Source of the DNA: Paraspadella gotoi | Lineage: Eukaryota; Animalia; Chaetognatha | DNA length: 64,000 nt | Direction of reading: 5' to 3' | Assembly: GCA_051294375.1 (NCBI GenBank) | Contig: CM119263.1 | Coordinates: forward strand, 24,037,657 to 24,101,656 | Shown here: piece after piece, positions 59,282 to 64,000 of the stretch | Layout: the number at the start of each line of letters is the position of its first letter | Numbering within the stretch: position 1 is the stretch's first letter | The notes under the pieces: generated by a model | Seen by the model: the letters and a program-made list of their open reading frames with translations, nothing else | Databases searched by the model: none | Told to the model about the DNA's origin: nothing | Translations under genes and position numbers: made by a program

Positions 59282-59905
59282 TACGACGACGACGAGGAAG
59301 TCAACGTCCCCTTTTTTTTACTTCGGGTCAGGCCCTTTCTCTCCTTTTCCGTGAAGGGAGTTTATGAGCGCCGCCGGAGTGACAGTTTTAACACCCCTCG
59401 CTTGAAAACGACACATTATCGTTCGCGATCGTGGGACGCGAACCTGCGACCTCGTGGTTGGAGAAAATGAGGATAACAAAAATCTCACATCTTAACGACC
59501 TTGGCGACGACGATGTTGACGCGAATATGTGACGGGCGACGACGACGACGACGACGACGATGACGACAACCGTTTCTCTCACGAGACGGTTTTTCCAAAA
59601 CGAGAAGAGCACTTTGCTTAATCATCGATACGAACCCTGGGGAGACTTTTCCTCTCAACAGAAAAAAAGAAGTAATACTTCGGAAGGTGGGGTAGGAGGA
59701 GGGTGGGGGAGGGGGAAAGGGGGAGGGGCGTGGGGAAGAAGAGAGCGAAAAGCTTTTGAGAGAATAAGCCAATTCTCCTTGTGGGTTGTGGACGCGACGC
59801 CCCGACGGGTTGTGTCCGGCGGTCGGTCATTCCCTTTCCATTCTCTGTTCCGATTCCATCTTTTAACAGTCTCTTTGAGGATTCCAAACCGCGAATTTCC
59901 CTTCG

Positions 59906-60020
<115 letters not shown>

Positions 60021-60841
60021 ATTCATCCATTAAGAATATTCTCTTCGGTGTTGGGCAGAAAGTTGAACGGAGAGAGAAAAAGAGAGAGAGTTTGCATTGT
60101 TCGAAGAAAAGTGAATGGAATGAAAGAGAGAGAAAATTGGTCCCGATCGCCATCGTCGTCGTCGTCGTCGTCATCACCGTCCTCTCATTTCGCCGATCGT
60201 CGTCTGTTCGTCATTCTCAGTCATTTGTTTTGTTGTTGTCATTCCGCGCCATCGGAGAGAGGGCGCCAGTTGCTCATCGCCGCTCATTGTTATTCGTAAT
60301 CATTTATCGTCAGTGTTTTTTGTTTTTCGTTTTGTCTCGATCATCACTTTGCCGAGAAGTTCCCCTGTCATTTACCTTTGTCTTGTCGCTTGTCATTTTC
60401 GATGACATTGTTGTTTTTTTGTCATCCTTCGTTTCTGATTCAAGATTTATTTATGTGGATTGTGTTTATACTATTGATATTTGTTTGATATGATTGTGAC
60501 GTCATTGACATGGTTTACAAATCTCTTTTTTTTTCTCATTTATTGACCGCGATGCATATTTTGTTTTACATTGAAATCTCATTGAATCTCTTGTAATTAC
60601 ATTTTTCATTCATACCAACAGTAACAGATCTCAAGTCTCAACGTTAAATAAATGCCGTAAGATGCTTGGAAATGCCGTAAGTGACGTGGTCGTATCTACT
60701 TTTTCCGCTTGGATACTTATTTCCTTGAGTTGCGGCCCATTGAGCGCGAAGGGTATCGGGATATTCCGTCTTTATGTTCCTAGAATCTTAATAGCTCGAT
60801 TCCGCCCCAATCCCCATATTCAATTGTGGTTACATCCCTCC

Positions 60842-60915
<74 letters not shown>

Positions 60916-61135
60916 ATCGTCTCGCTCTCGTATATCGGCGCCAGCGAAGGGGAATATCAATACGCATCGGGTTTTCCGGTCGTTGGATTTCCTCGAAAAA
61001 CGCATTTGTAGATTAGGCGAAAAGCTATTTGCCATAAGCGAGATGTACCGTGGGTTACGGCGGGCGCCCCCTCCCACTTGCCAGACGTCTTATCGCGAGA
61101 GAGAGAGAGAGAGAGAGGACGAGAGATGACGAGAG

Positions 61136-61166
<31 letters not shown>

Positions 61167-61186
61167 TGATGGGAGAGAAAAATATC

Positions 61187-62259
61187 GAAAAAGAAAGAAA
61201 GAAACAAAAAAAAGAAATAAAAAAAAAATGGAGAGAAAGAAAAGAAAAAAAATGGGAAAAAAATCACAGAAATAAAAAAAAAGAAAGAACGAAAGACAGA
61301 AAGAAATGAGAAAAGAAAAAGAAGAAAGAAAGAAAAAGAAAGAAAGAAAGACAAGGAAAGAACATGATAAGAAAGAAAAGAAAAAGGAACCAAGACGAAA
61401 AAGAAAAGGCGAGGTCGTTGATTGACGAGGAAAACGAATCGAAAGGAAACCGGATTCGCCGACCCTGATTACCAATTAAAAACCGGAAGCGAAAAGAGAG
61501 GGCGTTGATTGTGTTTATGTTGCCGCGCACGGGCATGCGGCGTGGAAGGGATTCGCTGATTGGAGGAATAAAGAAGAACCTTGATGGTTGAGGTCGGTTA
61601 TGAGATTAAACATTTTTTGATGAAATGGAGAAAGAAGAGGATTTTGATTTAGATTTCAAGCTTTTTCGCTAAAATTGTAAGTAAATACTGGAAGAGCCGA
61701 GAAACGAGTTATTTTGAGAATGTAAAGAATTGAAAATCTTAGGCGAGGAACATGGGCTTGCTAGAGAAAAATGATTTGTTAAAAAGATTTAAAAATTATT
61801 CGGCTTTGTGCGGTGAAGAAGAATGAAAATTGCAGACAAGCTTGTGTCGAAGGCCATTCGGGCCGTTGAACTCCACATAATTCTCAAGCGATATGCTTCT
61901 CAAGTTTAAAATGTCAGTTAAATCACTGAAAATCGATTAAATGGATGTAAAATCGTGAACAACGAAGAAGAAAATAGATGGAAGAATAGTTCACCAATGA
62001 CTCAGCTCAGGTTTTTGCGTCGGGCATTGCAACTTATTGCTAACAAAAAGTTTCACACTTTAGCATCAATGACTTCGGTTGCAGAGATTGAATCTAGAAT
62101 CGGATTTCGACTTCAACACGGAACCAAATTGTCTGGAATTCGCAGTCTGAGTTGCAGGATGGAACACGAATTGTAATCGGAGTTGAAAACCACGTTGAAG
62201 ACCGAGTAATTCAGAGCGGAGGAGGAGAGAAGAGAAGAGAGAGAGATGAGGAGAGAGAT

Positions 62260-62320
<61 letters not shown>

Positions 62321-62812
62321 TTTCAACCCAGAATTACAAATAAAATATGCGATTGGATTGAAGTTAAAAGAGAGAGTAAAACAGATGAACTATGTCCTTT
62401 AAACTTTATCAACAGTACAGAGAGTATTATCCGTATGAAATGACTTTTTATCTGGGATTTACGTACCTCAGTAAAACTCATAACCAGTGAGGCCGTAATA
62501 TTAGATTTCAGAATTCAGCGACCAGAAATCAGCTTATTGACATCCTTTCCAATTCTTCACCTCAAATCACGGCACCGAAAGAAAGAACGGATTTGGGATT
62601 CATTATATCCGCATTTCCGATGTAGAGGAAAAAGATGAGGTCACGACGAAGCGTCATCTCTTCTCTNNNNNNNNNNNNNNNNNNNNNNNNNGAAAAGAAA
62701 GAAAGAACAAAAAAAAGAAATAAAAAAATGGAGAAAGAAAGAAAAAAGGGAAAAAAATCACAGAAATAAAAAAAAGAAAGAACGAAAGACAGAAAGAAAT
62801 GAGAAAAGAAAA

Positions 62813-62868
<56 letters not shown>

Positions 62869-63667
62869 AAAGGAACCAAGAGCGAAAAAGAAAGAGGGAG
62901 GTCGTTGATTACGAGAAAACGAATCGAAAGGAAACCGGATTTCGCGACCCTGATTACCAATTAAAACCGGAAGCGAAAGAGAGGGCGTTGATTGTGTTTA
63001 TGTGCCGCGAGGGGGCATGCGGTGGAAGGGGATTCGCTGATTGGAGGAAATAGAAGAACCTTGATTGGTTGAGGTCGGTTATGAGATTAAAACATTTTGA
63101 TGAAATGGAGAAAGGAAGAGGGATTTTGATTTAGATTCAAGCTTTTCGCTAAATTGTAAGTAAATACTGGAAGAGCAGAAACGATTATTTTGAGAATGTA
63201 AAGAATTGAAAATCTTAGGCGAGAACATGGCTTGCTAGAGAAAAATGATTTGTTAAAAAAAGATTAAAATTATCGGTTGTGCGGTGAAGAAGAATGATAA
63301 ATGCAGACAGCCTTGTGTCGAAGGCCATCGGGCGTGAACTCACATAATCTCAAGCGATTGCTTCTCAAGTTAAAATGTCGTAAATCGACTGAAAATCGAT
63401 TAAATGGATGAAAATCGTGAAACAAAGAAGAAAATAGATGGAGAAAGTTTCACAATGACTCAGCTTCAGGTTTTGCGTCGGGCATTGAACTTTATTGTAC
63501 AAAAAGTTTCACACTTTAGCATCAATGACTTCGGTGAGAGTTGAATCTAGAATTCGGATTCGACTCAACACGGAACCAAATGTCTTTGAATTCGCGTCTG
63601 AGTTGCAGGTGGAACACGAATTTGTAATCGGAGTGAAAACCAACGTTGAGACCGAGTAATTCAGAGC

Positions 63668-63714
<47 letters not shown>

Positions 63715-64000
63715 AACCCAGAATTACAAATAAAATATGCGATTGGATTGAAGTAAAAGAGAGAGTAAAACAGATGAACTATGTCCTTTAAACTTTATCA
63801 ACAGTACAGAGAGTATTATCAGTATGAAATGTACTTTTATTCTGGGATTTACTTACCTCAGTAAAACTCATAACCAGTTGGCCGAATTATTAGATTTCAG
63901 AATCAGCGACCGAAATCACTTATTGACAATCCTTTCCAATTCTTCACCTCAAATCACGGACCGGAAAAGAAAGAATCGGATTTGGATTCAAATTATATCC
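61187..64000 (+). repeat. ~1.4-kb direct duplication across a 25-N gap (61187-62610 vs 62692-64000), probable artefact
   Basis: Colinear copies differing by many 1-bp indels; the second copy runs to the window end. Confidence 0.9.

Overview
This is eukaryotic DNA, probably invertebrate/arthropod (inferred), and almost entirely non-coding. It is AT-rich, not CpG-depleted, and full of (GA)n/(CT)n, (GAAA)n and (GAC/GAT)n microsatellites, which explain nearly all ORFs in the supplied track. I recognise no protein family, RNA gene, CRISPR array or autonomous transposon. About 20 kb is redundant sequence that looks like long-read gap-filling artefact: eight gaps of exactly 25 N, most bordering duplicated blocks; copies that differ by dense random indels; and a fold-back palindrome with ~3.8 kb arms centred at 43494/43495. 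The best-supported biological signals are three. (1) A ~2.9 kb non-autonomous Helentron-like (HINE/DINE-1-type) element at 30658-33592 whose precise empty site also appears in the window (~36140-36160), suggesting a presence/absence polymorphism. (2) A related short HINE family at 5761-6050 and at 13191-13646/16895-17241. (3) A CpG-rich promoter-like region and candidate first coding exon at ~50.2-52.0 kb, where a signal-peptide-like frame is separated from its ATG by one in-frame TAG. I do not see a convincing novel multi-gene system.
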